Position numbers and translations under genes: made by a program. Shown here one piece after another: positions 1 through 9,930 of a DNA stretch of 32,000 nucleotides. Within the stretch, counting starts at the first letter, position 1; each line of letters begins with the position of its first letter. Where the stretch lies: positions 60,001 to 92,000 of the forward strand of contig NZ_LT906458.1 of the NCBI RefSeq assembly GCF_900187275.1. The letters run 5' to 3'. This DNA comes from Pasteurella multocida. GTDB lineage: Bacteria > Pseudomonadota > Gammaproteobacteria > Enterobacterales > Pasteurellaceae. The notes beneath the pieces are model-generated. The model searched no databases. It was not told where the DNA came from and saw only the letters and a program-made list of their open reading frames with translations.

Positions 1-455
1 CAGTCACAGAAATGATCACGGGTGTGGACTTGGTGAAAGAACAATTGCGTATCGCAGCCGGATTGCCGATCTCCATTAAGCAAGAAGATGTGAAAGTGCG
101 TGGTCATGCGATTGAATGCCGTATTAATGCAGAAGATCCTAAATCCTTCTTGCCTTCACCGGGTAAGGTGGATCATTTACACTCTCCGGGTGGATTAGGT
201 GTGCGTTGGGATTCACATGTTTATGCGGGTTATACCGTCCCACCACATTATGATTCAATGATTGCAAAATTGATTACTTATGGTGATACTCGTGAAGTCG
301 CGATTCGTCGTATGCAAAATGCACTGGGTGAAACGATTTTAACCGGTATTAAAACCAATATTCCTCTGCACGAATTGATTCTGGCAGATGAAAATTTTCA
401 ACAGGGTGGCACGAATATCCATTACCTAGAGAAAAAACTTGGCATGCGTGACTAA
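1..455 (+). CDS. accC: Acetyl-CoA carboxylase biotin carboxylase subunit, C-terminal ~150 codons (5' end outside window)
   Basis: The frame is open from the window edge to TAA 453-455. The translation (ECRINAEDP...[13 protein letters not shown]) is colinear with the C-terminus of E. coli AccC. Confidence 0.92.
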   Translation, partial: VTEMITGVDLVKEQLRIAAGLPISIKQEDVKVRGHAIECRINAEDPKSFLPSPGKVDHLHSPGGLGVRWDSHVYAGYTVPPHYDSMIAKLITYGDTREVAIRRMQNALGETILTGIKTNIPLHELILADENFQQGGTNIHYLEKKLGMRD

Positions 456-537
456 TTAAAATCTGTCACTTAACGAAGGAACGAGAAAAGTGGATTTATC
501 CACTTTTCTTATATCAGTTTTACAAGGAATTTATAAA

Positions 538-789
538 ATGAATCTTAATTCCCGCTATAAGCAAGCAACAAAAGAAGCGCTATGGGCGTTTGGGTTAACC
601 ATTTTATATATGGTTGGTTGGTGTGTTTTTGCCTATGGATTACCAAATACAAAAGGATTTTTTGACTTCCCACTCTGGTTTGAATTTTCCTGCTTTTATT
701 TGCCAATCCTCTTCACAGCTATCATTTATATTTGTATTAAATTTGTCTTTTGTGATATCGATTTAGAGGACAATGAAAATGAACTATAG
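538..789 (+). CDS. yhdT: Small membrane protein of the YhdT/DUF997 family (83 aa from ATG 538)
   Basis: It has two hydrophobic helices and sits directly upstream of panF, overlapping it by 17 nt, as yhdT-panF does in E. coli. The GTG 490 start in the ORF track looks like an over-extension. Confidence 0.7.
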   Translation: MNLNSRYKQATKEALWAFGLTILYMVGWCVFAYGLPNTKGFFDFPLWFEFSCFYLPILFTAIIYICIKFVFCDIDLEDNENEL

Positions 790-2212
790 CATTCTTATTC
801 CTTTATTCCTGTATTTATGCTTTGTGTTTGCAGTGGCTTATTATGCCTATGCTAAACGACAAAAGGGGAGCTTTTTAAGTGAATATTATGTTGGAAATCG
901 CTCTATGTCTGGTTTTGTATTGGCGATGACGACGGCTGCAACTTATGTAGGGGCGAGTTCATTTATTGGTGGACCGGGTGCCGCGTATAAATTTGGTTTA
1001 GGCTGGGTTTTATTGGCGATGATTCAAGTCCCCGTGGTGCTTTTTACCCTTGGTGTATTGGGGAAAAAATTTGCCATGTGGGCAAGAGAACATAAAAGTT
1101 TAACCATTAATGACATTTTATTTTCTCGCTATAAAAGCCCAACCATTGTGTTGTTAGCCAGTTTATCCTTGTTATTTTCCTTCTTTATTATGATGGCAGT
1201 ACAATTCATTGGTGTTGGACGTTTATTAGAAACCACATTGAATATTGACTACCGTCTTTCTGTACTAATTTTTGCCACAACTGTGGGAATCTATACTTTC
1301 ATTGGTGGCTTTAGAGCGGTAGTATTAACGGACACGATTCAAGGTCTCATCATGATGATCGGTACGTTCCTACTGTTATTTGGTGTGATTTATGCTGGTG
1401 GCGGAGTCAGTCAAATCATAGATACATTAGAAACGATTGATCCACGTTTGATTACGCCTTATGGCATTGAAGCAAGACCGCTTGATTTTACTTTTATGGC
1501 GTCTTTCTGGGTGTTGGTGTGTTTTGGATTGTTAGGGCTTCCACATACGGTTATCCGCGCGATGTCATATAAAAACAGTAAAGCATTACATAGTGGAATT
1601 GTGATTGGTACTGTGGTGATTGCCTTATTAATGTTAGGGATGCATTTAGCTGGCGCACTAGGACGAGCGGTGGTACCAGAATTATCAGTTACGGATAAAA
1701 TTATTCCAACTTTGATGATTCAAGTGCTTCCGCCTGTGGTTGCTGGGATTTTCTTAGCGGCGCCGATGGCAGCCATTATGTCATCTATTGACTCGATGCT
1801 TATTCAAGCGTCTTCGACGTTAATTAAAGATTTATATCTACGTTTTAAACCTGAGCAAATTCGTAATGAGCGACGGGTCAAAATTTTATCGACAGTCGCT
1901 ACATTATTCATGACGGTTTTAGTCACTGTCGCGACATTAAATCCGCCTGATATGCTGATTTGGTTAAACTTATTTGCCTTAGGGGGATTAGAAACAACGT
2001 TCTTATGGGTGATGTTGCTAGGCTTATATTGGCAGAAAGCGAATGCATATGGTGCGGTATGTTCCATGATAGTTGGTTTTGGCTCTTATGTGACCTTAAC
2101 TGCGGCTTCAATTAAATTATTGGATTTCCATGCGATTGTGCCTGCTTTATTATTTGGTTTGATCGCTTTCCTAATTGGTAACCAATACGGTGAGCGTAAG
2201 ATTCAGCACTAA
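773..2212 (+). CDS. panF: Sodium/pantothenate symporter (SSS family)
   Basis: The 479-aa polytopic protein is colinear with E. coli PanF (GPGAAYK.GLGWVLLAMIQ, FLAAPMAAIMS.I. motifs). Confidence 0.93.
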   Translation: MKMNYSILIPLFLYLCFVFAVAYYAYAKRQKGSFLSEYYVGNRSMSGFVLAMTTAATYVGASSFIGGPGAAYKFGLGWVLLAMIQVPVVLFTLGVLGKKFAMWAREHKSLTINDILFSRYKSPTIVLLASLSLLFSFFIMMAVQFIGVGRLLETTLNIDYRLSVLIFATTVGIYTFIGGFRAVVLTDTIQGLIMMIGTFLLLFGVIYAGGGVSQIIDTLETIDPRLITPYGIEARPLDFTFMASFWVLVCFGLLGLPHTVIRAMSYKNSKALHSGIVIGTVVIALLMLGMHLAGALGRAVVPELSVTDKIIPTLMIQVLPPVVAGIFLAAPMAAIMSSIDSMLIQASSTLIKDLYLRFKPEQIRNERRVKILSTVATLFMTVLVTVATLNPPDMLIWLNLFALGGLETTFLWVMLLGLYWQKANAYGAVCSMIVGFGSYVTLTAASIKLLDFHAIVPALLFGLIAFLIGNQYGERKIQH

Positions 2213-2237
2213 GTGACATTACCATGACATGATTTGA

Positions 2238-2270
2238 GGGCAGACCTGAGTGTCTGCCCTTATTATTTTG
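2238..2270 (+). terminator. Rho-independent terminator after panF
   Basis: Stem GGGCAGAC (2238-2245) / GTCTGCCC (2252-2259) with a 6-nt loop, followed by the T-rich TTATTATTTT. Confidence 0.7.
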
Positions 2271-2354
2271 CGTAAAAACCTGCAACAATGTGTCGTGACA
2301 CGATACAATACACGACAGGTTATGATTTTATTAACAGATTGAGGACAATTGATT

Positions 2355-3236
2355 ATGGCTTGGATCCAAATTCGTATTAATAGTACTAATACACAAGCAG
2401 AACAGATGAGCGATTACTTAGCCGAAATTGGTGCGGTGTCGGTGACATTTATGGACAGCCAAGATACTCCTATTTTTGAACCGCTTCCAGGGGAAACTCG
2501 TTTGTGGGGGAATACGGATGTGGTGGCGTTATTTGATGCAGAAACAGACATGCAACAGATTGTGGATTTACTCAAAGAAGCGCAATATCTCGTTGAAAGT
2601 TCTGTATATAAAATTGAACAAATTGAAGATAAAGATTGGGAGAGAGAATGGATGGATAACTTTCATCCTATGCGATTTGGTAAACGTTTATGGATTTGTC
2701 CAAGTTGGCGTGAGGTACCAGATGAAAACGCTACCAATGTAATGCTCGATCCTGGTTTGGCGTTTGGTACAGGTACTCATCCAACGACCGCATTGTGTTT
2801 AGAATGGTTAGATAGCCTTGATTTACAAGATAAAACTGTGATTGATTTTGGTTGCGGTTCGGGCATTTTAGCGATTGCCGCCCTAAAACTGGGCGCGAAA
2901 AGTGCGGTGGGCATTGATATTGATCCACAAGCGATTTTAGCCAGCCGTAATAATGCGGAGCAAAATGGCGTAGCCGACAGACTGCAATTATTCTTATCTG
3001 AAGATAAGCCGGCTGATCTAAAAGCAGATGTGGTGGTAGCCAATATTCTTGCAGGACCATTAAAAGAACTTTATCCAGTGATTCGCCAATTAGTGAAACC
3101 AAATGGTGTTCTAGGGCTATCAGGCATTTTAGCAACTCAAGCATCGTCCGTTTGTGATGCCTACGCGCAATCTTTTGTCCTTGAACCCGTAGAAGAACGC
3201 GAAGAATGGTGCCGTATTACGGGAAAATTGCAATAG
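2355..3236 (+). CDS. prmA: Ribosomal protein L11 methyltransferase (293 aa from ATG 2355)
   Basis: MAWIQIRI... aligns end to end with E. coli PrmA (MPWIQLKL...), including the SAM motif [14 protein letters not shown]. The TTG 2349 start in the track is 2 codons too long. Confidence 0.93.
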   Translation: MAWIQIRINSTNTQAEQMSDYLAEIGAVSVTFMDSQDTPIFEPLPGETRLWGNTDVVALFDAETDMQQIVDLLKEAQYLVESSVYKIEQIEDKDWEREWMDNFHPMRFGKRLWICPSWREVPDENATNVMLDPGLAFGTGTHPTTALCLEWLDSLDLQDKTVIDFGCGSGILAIAALKLGAKSAVGIDIDPQAILASRNNAEQNGVADRLQLFLSEDKPADLKADVVVANILAGPLKELYPVIRQLVKPNGVLGLSGILATQASSVCDAYAQSFVLEPVEEREEWCRITGKLQ

Positions 3237-3512
3237 AGGAACCGTGTCATTTAGCGGAAATATAAAAGCGAGAAAAATTATTTTGCTTATTTTATGAGCA
3301 AATGGAGTGGATTGAGCAATAAATAAACGATTGTTAAGTAATTTTTGAGCAGGAAACCGTTTGCTTTCTTAATATAAATCAAAAAATGTTCAAAAAGCAC
3401 TTTGTGTATAAAAAATATGCTTTCCAAATGGCTTAAAAGTGCGTATTATAGCATCCCTTATCGGTCCGGGTATGTTTAACCGATAAAATAGGATTTGGAT
3501 GTTAAAGGAGTA

Positions 3513-4517
3513 ATGACAGTGCGGATAGGTTCTTATCAGCTTAAAAATCGCATTTTTCTTGCTCCTATGGCTGGCATCACTGACCAACCATTTCGGCGAA
3601 TCTGCACTCATTATGGGGCAGGTTTAACTTTTTCTGAAATGATGTCAACGAATCCGCAAGTCTGGCATACCGAAAAATCGAAACTGCGCTTGGCTCATCA
3701 TCAAGAAGCAGGAATTAATGCTGTGCAAATAGCTGGTTGTGATCCCGATGAGATGGCGAAAGCCGCTCAAATCAATGTAGAATATGGGGCAGAAATTATT
3801 GATATCAATATGGGCTGCCCAGCCAAAAAAGTGAATCGTAAAATGGCGGGCTCTGCGCTGTTACAATATCCTGATTTGGTCAAACAAATTCTTAATAAAG
3901 TTGTGAAATCTGTTACTGTACCAGTGACATTAAAGATAAGAACAGGCTGGGATAAAGACAACCGAAATTGTTTAGAAATCGCTAAAATTGCAGAGCAATG
4001 TGGTATTCAAGCACTGACCATCCATGGACGAACAAGGAGTTGTATGTTTGAGGGGGAGGCTGAATATGACAATATCAAGGCGGTCAAAGAGCAACTTTCT
4101 ATTCCGATTATTGCCAATGGCGATATTACTTCCGCTGAAAAAGCAAAGTATGTTCTTGATTATACCAACGCAGATGCAATAATGATCGGACGTGGTTCAT
4201 TAGGCAATCCGTGGCTTTTCCGAGTTATGGAAAGCTTAATTGAAAAAGACTCGATTGTTTTAGAGCCAAGTTTAAACGAGAAATGTAATGTGATTTTACA
4301 GCATATCCAAGAACTACATCAATTTTATGGTGCGGAGAAAGGATGTCGTATTGCACGTAAACACGTTGCTTGGTATTTACAGGGAATCCAACCTAATCCC
4401 GTTTTTAGACAGGCTTTTAATGCAATTACTGATCCCAAAGAACAATTAATTGCTTTAGAAGGTTTTTTTAATTTGATTCTGATGGATAAAGAAAAAAATG
4501 TTAGAACAACAACGTAA
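3513..4517 (+). CDS. dusB: tRNA-dihydrouridine synthase B
   Basis: Colinear with E. coli DusB (MRIGQYQLRN.. / [10 protein letters not shown] / LTIHGRTR). The start is ATG 3513 or GTG 3519, with AAAGGAG at 3504-3510. Confidence 0.92.
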   Translation: MTVRIGSYQLKNRIFLAPMAGITDQPFRRICTHYGAGLTFSEMMSTNPQVWHTEKSKLRLAHHQEAGINAVQIAGCDPDEMAKAAQINVEYGAEIIDINMGCPAKKVNRKMAGSALLQYPDLVKQILNKVVKSVTVPVTLKIRTGWDKDNRNCLEIAKIAEQCGIQALTIHGRTRSCMFEGEAEYDNIKAVKEQLSIPIIANGDITSAEKAKYVLDYTNADAIMIGRGSLGNPWLFRVMESLIEKDSIVLEPSLNEKCNVILQHIQELHQFYGAEKGCRIARKHVAWYLQGIQPNPVFRQAFNAITDPKEQLIALEGFFNLILMDKEKNVRTTT

Positions 4518-4806
4518 TCCTGCTGATGCACTAACTGTATCAGTGTTAAATTCACAATCTCAAGTCACAAATAAACCATTGCGTGATTCTGTGAAACAAG
4601 CATTGAGAAATTATTTGTCGCAGTTAGATGGCCAAGATGTCAATGAGCTTTATGAATTAGTATTAGCAGAAGTTGAGCATCCTATGTTAGATATGGTTAT
4701 GCAATATACACGTGGAAATCAAACTCGTGCAGCGACAATGTTAGGGATTAACCGTGGCACTTTACGTAAGAAATTAAAAAAGTACGGTATGGGTGGACCA
4801 TTGTAG
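4498..4806 (+). CDS. fis: DNA-binding nucleoid protein Fis
   Basis: The 102-aa product is near-identical over its C-terminal HTH to E. coli Fis ([29 protein letters not shown]). It overlaps the dusB 3' end by 20 nt, consistent with a dusB-fis operon. Confidence 0.95.
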   Translation: MLEQQRNPADALTVSVLNSQSQVTNKPLRDSVKQALRNYLSQLDGQDVNELYELVLAEVEHPMLDMVMQYTRGNQTRAATMLGINRGTLRKKLKKYGMGGPL

Positions 4807-4830
4807 TATTTAAACTAGTTTTGGTTATAG

Positions 4831-4857
4831 AAGGGCGGACTTAGGTTCGCCTTTTTA
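4831..4857 (+). terminator. Rho-independent terminator after fis
   Basis: 7-bp stem GGCGGAC (4834-4840) / GTTCGCC (4845-4851, one G-U pair) with loop TTAG, followed by TTTTT. Confidence 0.75.
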
Positions 4858-4932
4858 ATTTTCATTTCCTTTCTTTTTCAAAACAATGATTTTTACGCCT
4901 CAGATTGCAAAAAAATCAAAGTGTAAATATCA

Positions 4933-4948
4933 ACGCAAACGTTTTCGT
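4933..4948 (+). promoter_or_regulatory. PurR operator (pur box) in the purL promoter
   Basis: ACGCAAACGTTTTCGT matches the 16-bp E. coli pur-box consensus ACGCAAACGTTTTCNT at every defined position. TATAAT lies at 4966-4971, 47 nt upstream of the purL ATG. Confidence 0.8.
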
Positions 4949-5017
4949 TTTTTCTGATTTCCCTTTATAATAGCCCCGTTTTTCGTTTTAATTATTTAAC
5001 TAAACAGGGCTAATCCT

Positions 5018-8000
5018 ATGTTACAAATTTTTCGTGGTTCTCCCGCACTTTCTGAATTTCGTTTAAATCAACTTGCTGTGCGTTTTCAAAAAGCCAATCT
5101 TCCCGTGAGCGCGTGTTATGCGGAATATATTCATTTTGCTGACTTATCTGAACCCTTAACAGAAGATGAAAGCGCAAAATTAGACCAACTATTACACTAT
5201 GGTCCCACTCTTGCGGAGCATGATCCTGTTGGTCACTGTTTTATCGTGATTCCGCGTATTGGCACTATTTCATCTTGGTCATCTAAAGCAACCGATATTG
5301 CGCACAACTGTGGCTTAAACAAAGTGAATCGTTTAGAGCGTGGATTAGCATTTTATTTTGAATTTGACCGCATGTTATTGTCTGAAGAGCAACAACGCTT
5401 GGTTTCACACATTCATGACCGAATGTTAGAAGGCATCATTCATACCCCTGAAGAAGCCAAAGTGCTGTTCGACCAACAAGCACCAAAACCATTTACTACT
5501 GTTGATATTTTGAGCGGTGGGCGTCAAGCGTTAGAAAATGCAAACGTGGAATTAGGTCTGGCGCTCGCAGAAGATGAAATTGATTATTTAGTCGAAAATT
5601 TCACCGCACTAGGTCGCAACCCAAATGACATCGAACTGTATATGTTCGCACAGGCAAACTCTGAACACTGCCGTCATAAAATTTTTAATGCGGATTGGAT
5701 CATTGATGGCGAAAAACAAGAAAAATCCTTGTTTAAAATGATTAAAAATACCTTTGAGAAAACCCCAGATCACGTACTTTCAGCCTATAAAGATAACGCG
5801 GCGGTGATGGAAGGTTCAAAAGTGGGACGATTCTTCCCGGATCAAGATGGGCAATATCGCTATCACAATGAAGATGCGCATATCTTAATGAAAGTGGAAA
5901 CTCACAACCACCCAACTGCGATTTCGCCCTTCCCAGGCGCGGCAACCGGTTCTGGTGGTGAGATCCGTGATGAGGGCGCAACCGGTCGTGGTGCGAAACC
6001 AAAAGCCGGTTTAGTGGGCTTCTCGGTGTCTAACTTAGTGATTCCAGGTTTTGAACAACCTTGGGAAAATCCAGTGTCGAAACCTAATCGTATTGCTTCA
6101 GCACTCGATATTATGATCGAAGGACCTTTAGGCGGTGCAGCATTTAACAATGAATTTGGTCGCCCAGCGTTATTAGGTTATTTCCGTACTTATGAAGAAA
6201 AAGTCAATAGCTTTGCGGGTGAAGAAGTACGTGGTTACCATAAACCGATCATGTTAGCGGGTGGGATTGGCAATATCCGTGCAGAACATGTACAAAAAGG
6301 CGAAATTCCTGTCGGGGCAAAACTGATTGTATTAGGTGGACCTGCCATGAACATCGGTTTAGGCGGTGGAGCAGCTTCTTCTATGGCTTCGGGTAAATCA
6401 AAAGAAGATTTAGATTTTGCCTCGGTACAACGGGATAACCCAGAAATGGAACGTCGTTGCCAAGAAGTGATCGACCGTTGCTGGCAGTTAGGTGAGGACA
6501 ACCCAATTCTCTTTATTCACGATGTGGGGGCAGGTGGTTTATCCAATGCGATGCCAGAACTCGTACATGATGGCGGTCGTGGCGGGAAATTTGAACTACG
6601 CAAGATCTTAAGTGATGAGCGTGGTATGAGCCCATTAGAAATTTGGTGTAACGAATCGCAAGAACGTTATGTGTTAGCAGTTGCGCCAGAAAAACTCGAA
6701 TTATTTACCGCACTTTGTGAACGTGAACGTGCGCCCTTTGCGGTGATTGGTGAAGCCACCGAGCAAAAGCATTTAACCTTACACGATGATCATTTCGACA
6801 ATAACCCAATCGATTTACCGATGAACGTGTTGTTGGGTAAAACGCCAAAAATGACCCGTGATGTGAAATCAAAAACGGTAGAAGGTAGCGCTTTAGATCA
6901 CTCTCAAATTGACTTAAAAGAAGCGTTTCACCGTGTGTTACGCTTACCTGTGGTGGCAGAAAAAACCTTCTTAATTACCATTGGTGACCGTTCTGTGACC
7001 GGTATGGTGGCACGGGATCAAATGGTCGGTCCATGGCAAATTCCTGTGGCAGACTGTGCAGTCACTACAGCAAGTTTAGACAGCTATCACGGTGAAGCCA
7101 TGTCAATGGGTGAACGTGCGCCTGTGGCATTATTAGATTTTGCCGCGTCTGCGCGTTTAGCGGTAGCAGAATCGATTACCAATATCGCAGCAACGAACAT
7201 TGGTGATATTAAACGTATTAAATTATCAGCGAACTGGATGTCAGCAGCAGGTCACGAAGGCGAAGATGCAGGCTTATATCAAGCGGTGAAAGCCGTCGGT
7301 GAAGAGCTTTGTCCACAACTTGGCTTAACTATTCCTGTGGGCAAGGACTCCATGTCAATGAAAACCACGTGGCACGAAAACGGTGAACAAAAAACCGTGA
7401 CGGCGCCATTATCTTTAGTGATTAGTGCTTTTGCACGTGTGGAAGATGTACGCAAAACAGTCACGCCACAATTACGCACCGACAAAGGACACAGTCGCTT
7501 ATTATTAATTGACTTAGGCGAAGGCAAAAATCGCTTAGGTGCGACCGCACTTGCGCAAGTGTATAAACAACTTGGTGATAAACCTGCGGATGTGGTGAAC
7601 GTTGAAAACTTGAAAAACTTCTTTAATGCCATGCAAGCCTTGGTAGCAGAGCAAAAACTCTTAGCTTACCACGACCGTTCAGACGGCGGTTTAATTGCCA
7701 CCCTTGCCGAAATGGCGTTTGCGGGTAACTGTGGTTTATCGATCCATATCAGTGCATTAGGCGATAACGATCTTGCCGTGTTATTCAATGAAGAATTAGG
7801 CGCGGTGATTCAAGTGCGTGAGAGCGATTTAAGCTATGTACGTGATGTGTTATCACAACATGGTTTAATCCATTTAACCAAAGAGTTAGGGGAAGTGACC
7901 ACAGAAGATCGTATCGAAATTTCTCGTGGTACCAAATTATTATTCAGCCAAAAACGTTCTGAATTGCGTGGTATTTGGGCGGAATTAACCCATCAAATGC

Positions 8001-8911
8001 AACGTTTACGTGATAACCCAGAATGTGCAGACCAAGAGTTTGAAGCGAAGAAAGATCCAGAAAACAAAGGCTTCTCCGCCCATTTAACCTACGACATTAA
8101 CGAAGATATCGCCGCACCTTACATTGCGACAGGTAAAAAACCGCGCATTGCGATTTTACGTGAACAAGGAGTTAACAGCCATTACGAAATGGCAGCGGCC
8201 TTTGACCGTGCGGGCTTTGAAGCGATTGACGTACATATGAGCGATTTACACAACGCTCGCCACCACTTAAAAGACTTCAATGCGTTGGTAGCCTGTGGTG
8301 GTTTCTCTTATGGGGACGTGCTTGGCGCGGGTGGCGGTTGGGCGAAATCGATCTTATTTAACCCAATGTTGCGTGAACAGTTTAGCGAGTTCTTTGCTAA
8401 TCCAAACACTCTTACTTTAGGGGTGTGTAACGGTTGCCAAATGGTTTCTAACCTTGCTGAAATTATCCCAGGTACAGAAGCTTGGCCACGTTTCGTGCGT
8501 AATAAATCAGAGCGTTTCGAAGCGCGTGCTGCATTAGTGCGTATTAATGAGACAAATTCACTTTGGTTCCAAAGCATGGCGGGTTCACATATGCCAATTG
8601 CGGTGTCGCATGGTGAAGGTCAGGTGGAGTTTAAACATCCTGAACAACTTGCTAACTTACAAGCACAAAACTTAGTTATCGCTCAATATATTGATAACAA
8701 CCTCAAACCAACAGAGGTGTACCCTGCTAACCCGAACGGCTCAGTATTAGGTATTACCGCCATCGGTAATGCTGACGGACGTGTCGCCATCATGATGCCA
8801 CACCCAGAACGTGTATTTCGCACGGTTTCTAACTCATGGCACCCAGAAGATTGGAGTGAAGATGGGGCTTGGATGAGATTGTTTAGAAATGCACGTGTTA
8901 GTTTGAAATAG
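5018..8911 (+). CDS. purL: Phosphoribosylformylglycinamidine synthase (large single-chain form)
   Basis: The 1297-aa product has FGAM-synthase N-terminal and AIR-synthase-like repeats and a C-terminal class I glutamine amidotransferase domain ([13 protein letters not shown]). Confidence 0.97.
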   Translation: MLQIFRGSPALSEFRLNQLAVRFQKANLPVSACYAEYIHFADLSEPLTEDESAKLDQLLHYGPTLAEHDPVGHCFIVIPRIGTISSWSSKATDIAHNCGLNKVNRLERGLAFYFEFDRMLLSEEQQRLVSHIHDRMLEGIIHTPEEAKVLFDQQAPKPFTTVDILSGGRQALENANVELGLALAEDEIDYLVENFTALGRNPNDIELYMFAQANSEHCRHKIFNADWIIDGEKQEKSLFKMIKNTFEKTPDHVLSAYKDNAAVMEGSKVGRFFPDQDGQYRYHNEDAHILMKVETHNHPTAISPFPGAATGSGGEIRDEGATGRGAKPKAGLVGFSVSNLVIPGFEQPWENPVSKPNRIASALDIMIEGPLGGAAFNNEFGRPALLGYFRTYEEKVNSFAGEEVRGYHKPIMLAGGIGNIRAEHVQKGEIPVGAKLIVLGGPAMNIGLGGGAASSMASGKSKEDLDFASVQRDNPEMERRCQEVIDRCWQLGEDNPILFIHDVGAGGLSNAMPELVHDGGRGGKFELRKILSDERGMSPLEIWCNESQERYVLAVAPEKLELFTALCERERAPFAVIGEATEQKHLTLHDDHFDNNPIDLPMNVLLGKTPKMTRDVKSKTVEGSALDHSQIDLKEAFHRVLRLPVVAEKTFLITIGDRSVTGMVARDQMVGPWQIPVADCAVTTASLDSYHGEAMSMGERAPVALLDFAASARLAVAESITNIAATNIGDIKRIKLSANWMSAAGHEGEDAGLYQAVKAVGEELCPQLGLTIPVGKDSMSMKTTWHENGEQKTVTAPLSLVISAFARVEDVRKTVTPQLRTDKGHSRLLLIDLGEGKNRLGATALAQVYKQLGDKPADVVNVENLKNFFNAMQALVAEQKLLAYHDRSDGGLIATLAEMAFAGNCGLSIHISALGDNDLAVLFNEELGAVIQVRESDLSYVRDVLSQHGLIHLTKELGEVTTEDRIEISRGTKLLFSQKRSELRGIWAELTHQMQRLRDNPECADQEFEAKKDPENKGFSAHLTYDINEDIAAPYIATGKKPRIAILREQGVNSHYEMAAAFDRAGFEAIDVHMSDLHNARHHLKDFNALVACGGFSYGDVLGAGGGWAKSILFNPMLREQFSEFFANPNTLTLGVCNGCQMVSNLAEIIPGTEAWPRFVRNKSERFEARAALVRINETNSLWFQSMAGSHMPIAVSHGEGQVEFKHPEQLANLQAQNLVIAQYIDNNLKPTEVYPANPNGSVLGITAIGNADGRVAIMMPHPERVFRTVSNSWHPEDWSEDGAWMRLFRNARVSLK
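6707..6715 (-). repeat. Uptake signal sequence core (ACCGCACTT)
   Basis: Perfect 9-mer inside purL. Confidence 0.8.
7544..7552 (-). repeat. Uptake signal sequence core (ACCGCACTT)
   Basis: Perfect 9-mer inside purL. Confidence 0.8.
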
Positions 8912-8960
8912 TTGTGAATGGGTTTGCCAAGCTATAATAACTCTTGTTATTCGACTTAAT

Positions 8961-9300
8961 AGCACTCGTGTTTTCATGAGTGCTTTTTTATATTGAATTA
9001 AGTGAAAATCTTCATGGTAGATGAGAGTTATCTTTGAAGATGCGTGGAGTTTAAAAATAATGATGTGTCTCACAGTTAAAATAATAAGGTCTTGTCATAT
9101 ATCAATATATAGATGAGAATTTATTTCTGATAGTTAAAGTACTTATCCTATCTTAATGGACTTTTAGAAGGAATCAGGGTACTTTCCTATAAAGATAGAT
9201 GTGTTGCTATTATGATGCGCGTTTACTAACTCATGACCCTTGAGTATTAGGGGATGTTTTTTTACTTAGTTATTAATTTAACTTTTACTAAGAATAGTTT
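8961..9300 (+). repeat. Copy A of the receptor-gene upstream module (hairpin + promoter/dyad + leader), truncated before the start codon
   Basis: By-eye alignment to 13289-13700. Examples: CTTGTCATATATCAATATATAGATGAGAATTTA (9091-9123) vs CTTGTCATTGATCGATATATAGACAATAATTTA (13458-13490); AGATGAG and TCTTT blocks at about 9019-9035; TTATTAA..ACTTTT near 9270-9290. The right boundary is approximate. Confidence 0.6.
8962..8989 (+). terminator. purL terminator hairpin (copy A of the repeated GCRCTCGTG hairpin)
   Basis: GCACTCGTG (8962-8970), loop TTTT, CATGAGTGC (8975-8983), then TTTTTT. The same hairpin recurs at 13289 and 16182. Confidence 0.8.
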
Positions 9301-9344
9301 GGTTGATAAGATTAGTTAAATTATTACTACGCTAAAAAGTATAT

Positions 9345-9917
9345 TTATGTATAGGCTTTTTTTATTTCATCACATAAAAAACAATAGTATTGTAGAGCGG
9401 ATTTATATAATTCAAACACTGAATCCATATCTCTATTGTATTCGGCAAACTTAACTCCTTTATGAGTTATTTGATTTCTTTCATTTCCTAATGTGATGAA
9501 ATCATTCTCACCTTTTTTGAGGTCATCCTCACGCTCTATTTTATTTCTAATTTCTTTTTTAAAATCTTCACCAAATAAACTATAAAAAGTATTGCAGTTT
9601 TTGTGGGTAGTTGATTGTTCCCATTTGAATAGGGTGTGATACTTTCTAGATAGTGCTTGTTTACTAAGAAAATTATGTAATATAGAATTATCTTTTTCTG
9701 AAAATACACTCGGTATAAATTTAGTCAAATGTCTTTCAAATGAGTTTGCTGATGAAATTAATAATATTCTTCTTGATATATCATTATATTCACTCAGAAG
9801 TGTGGTTAAATAGTAATTTTCATGTAATAGTTTGTTTAGCTCTTTAATATTCTCTTTATAATCATCATAAATTTTATTAATTGCGTTAAACTCTTCGCTA
9901 TCTAGAATTTTGAGCAT
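9345..9917 (-). CDS. Small all-alpha HEPN-like protein (190 aa) with an Rx4H motif; putative RNase effector
   Basis: LGNERNQITHKG contains R147-x4-H152 (nt 9462-9479) near the C-terminal helices, as in HEPN families (RNxxxH). The gene starts 13 nt downstream of the DUF262 gene, with GAGGTAAT in the spacer, and is very AT-rich. Confidence 0.6.
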   Translation of the reverse strand: MLKILDSEEFNAINKIYDDYKENIKELNKLLHENYYLTTLLSEYNDISRRILLISSANSFERHLTKFIPSVFSEKDNSILHNFLSKQALSRKYHTLFKWEQSTTHKNCNTFYSLFGEDFKKEIRNKIEREDDLKKGENDFITLGNERNQITHKGVKFAEYNRDMDSVFELYKSALQYYCFLCDEIKKAYT

Positions 9918-9930
9918 AAAATATTACCTC

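Noticed and set aside
490-537. GTG-initiated N-terminal extension of the yhdT-like ORF
   Set aside because: The ATG at 538 gives an 83-aa product, the size expected for YhdT. The extension adds a non-hydrophobic segment with no support.
1804-2111. Two minus-strand ORFs (87 and 62 aa) inside panF
   Set aside because: They lie antisense within a well-supported conserved gene and have low-complexity translations with no RBS context.
2476-3144. Alternative-frame and antisense ORFs (88, 137 and 88 aa) inside prmA
   Set aside because: They are fully embedded in prmA, whose frame aligns end to end with E. coli PrmA.
5742-8577. Six antisense ORFs (82-117 aa) inside purL, plus 8834-9073 overlapping its end
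   Set aside because: These are shadow ORFs opposite a strongly conserved coding frame, with Pro/Ser/Arg-rich nonsense composition.
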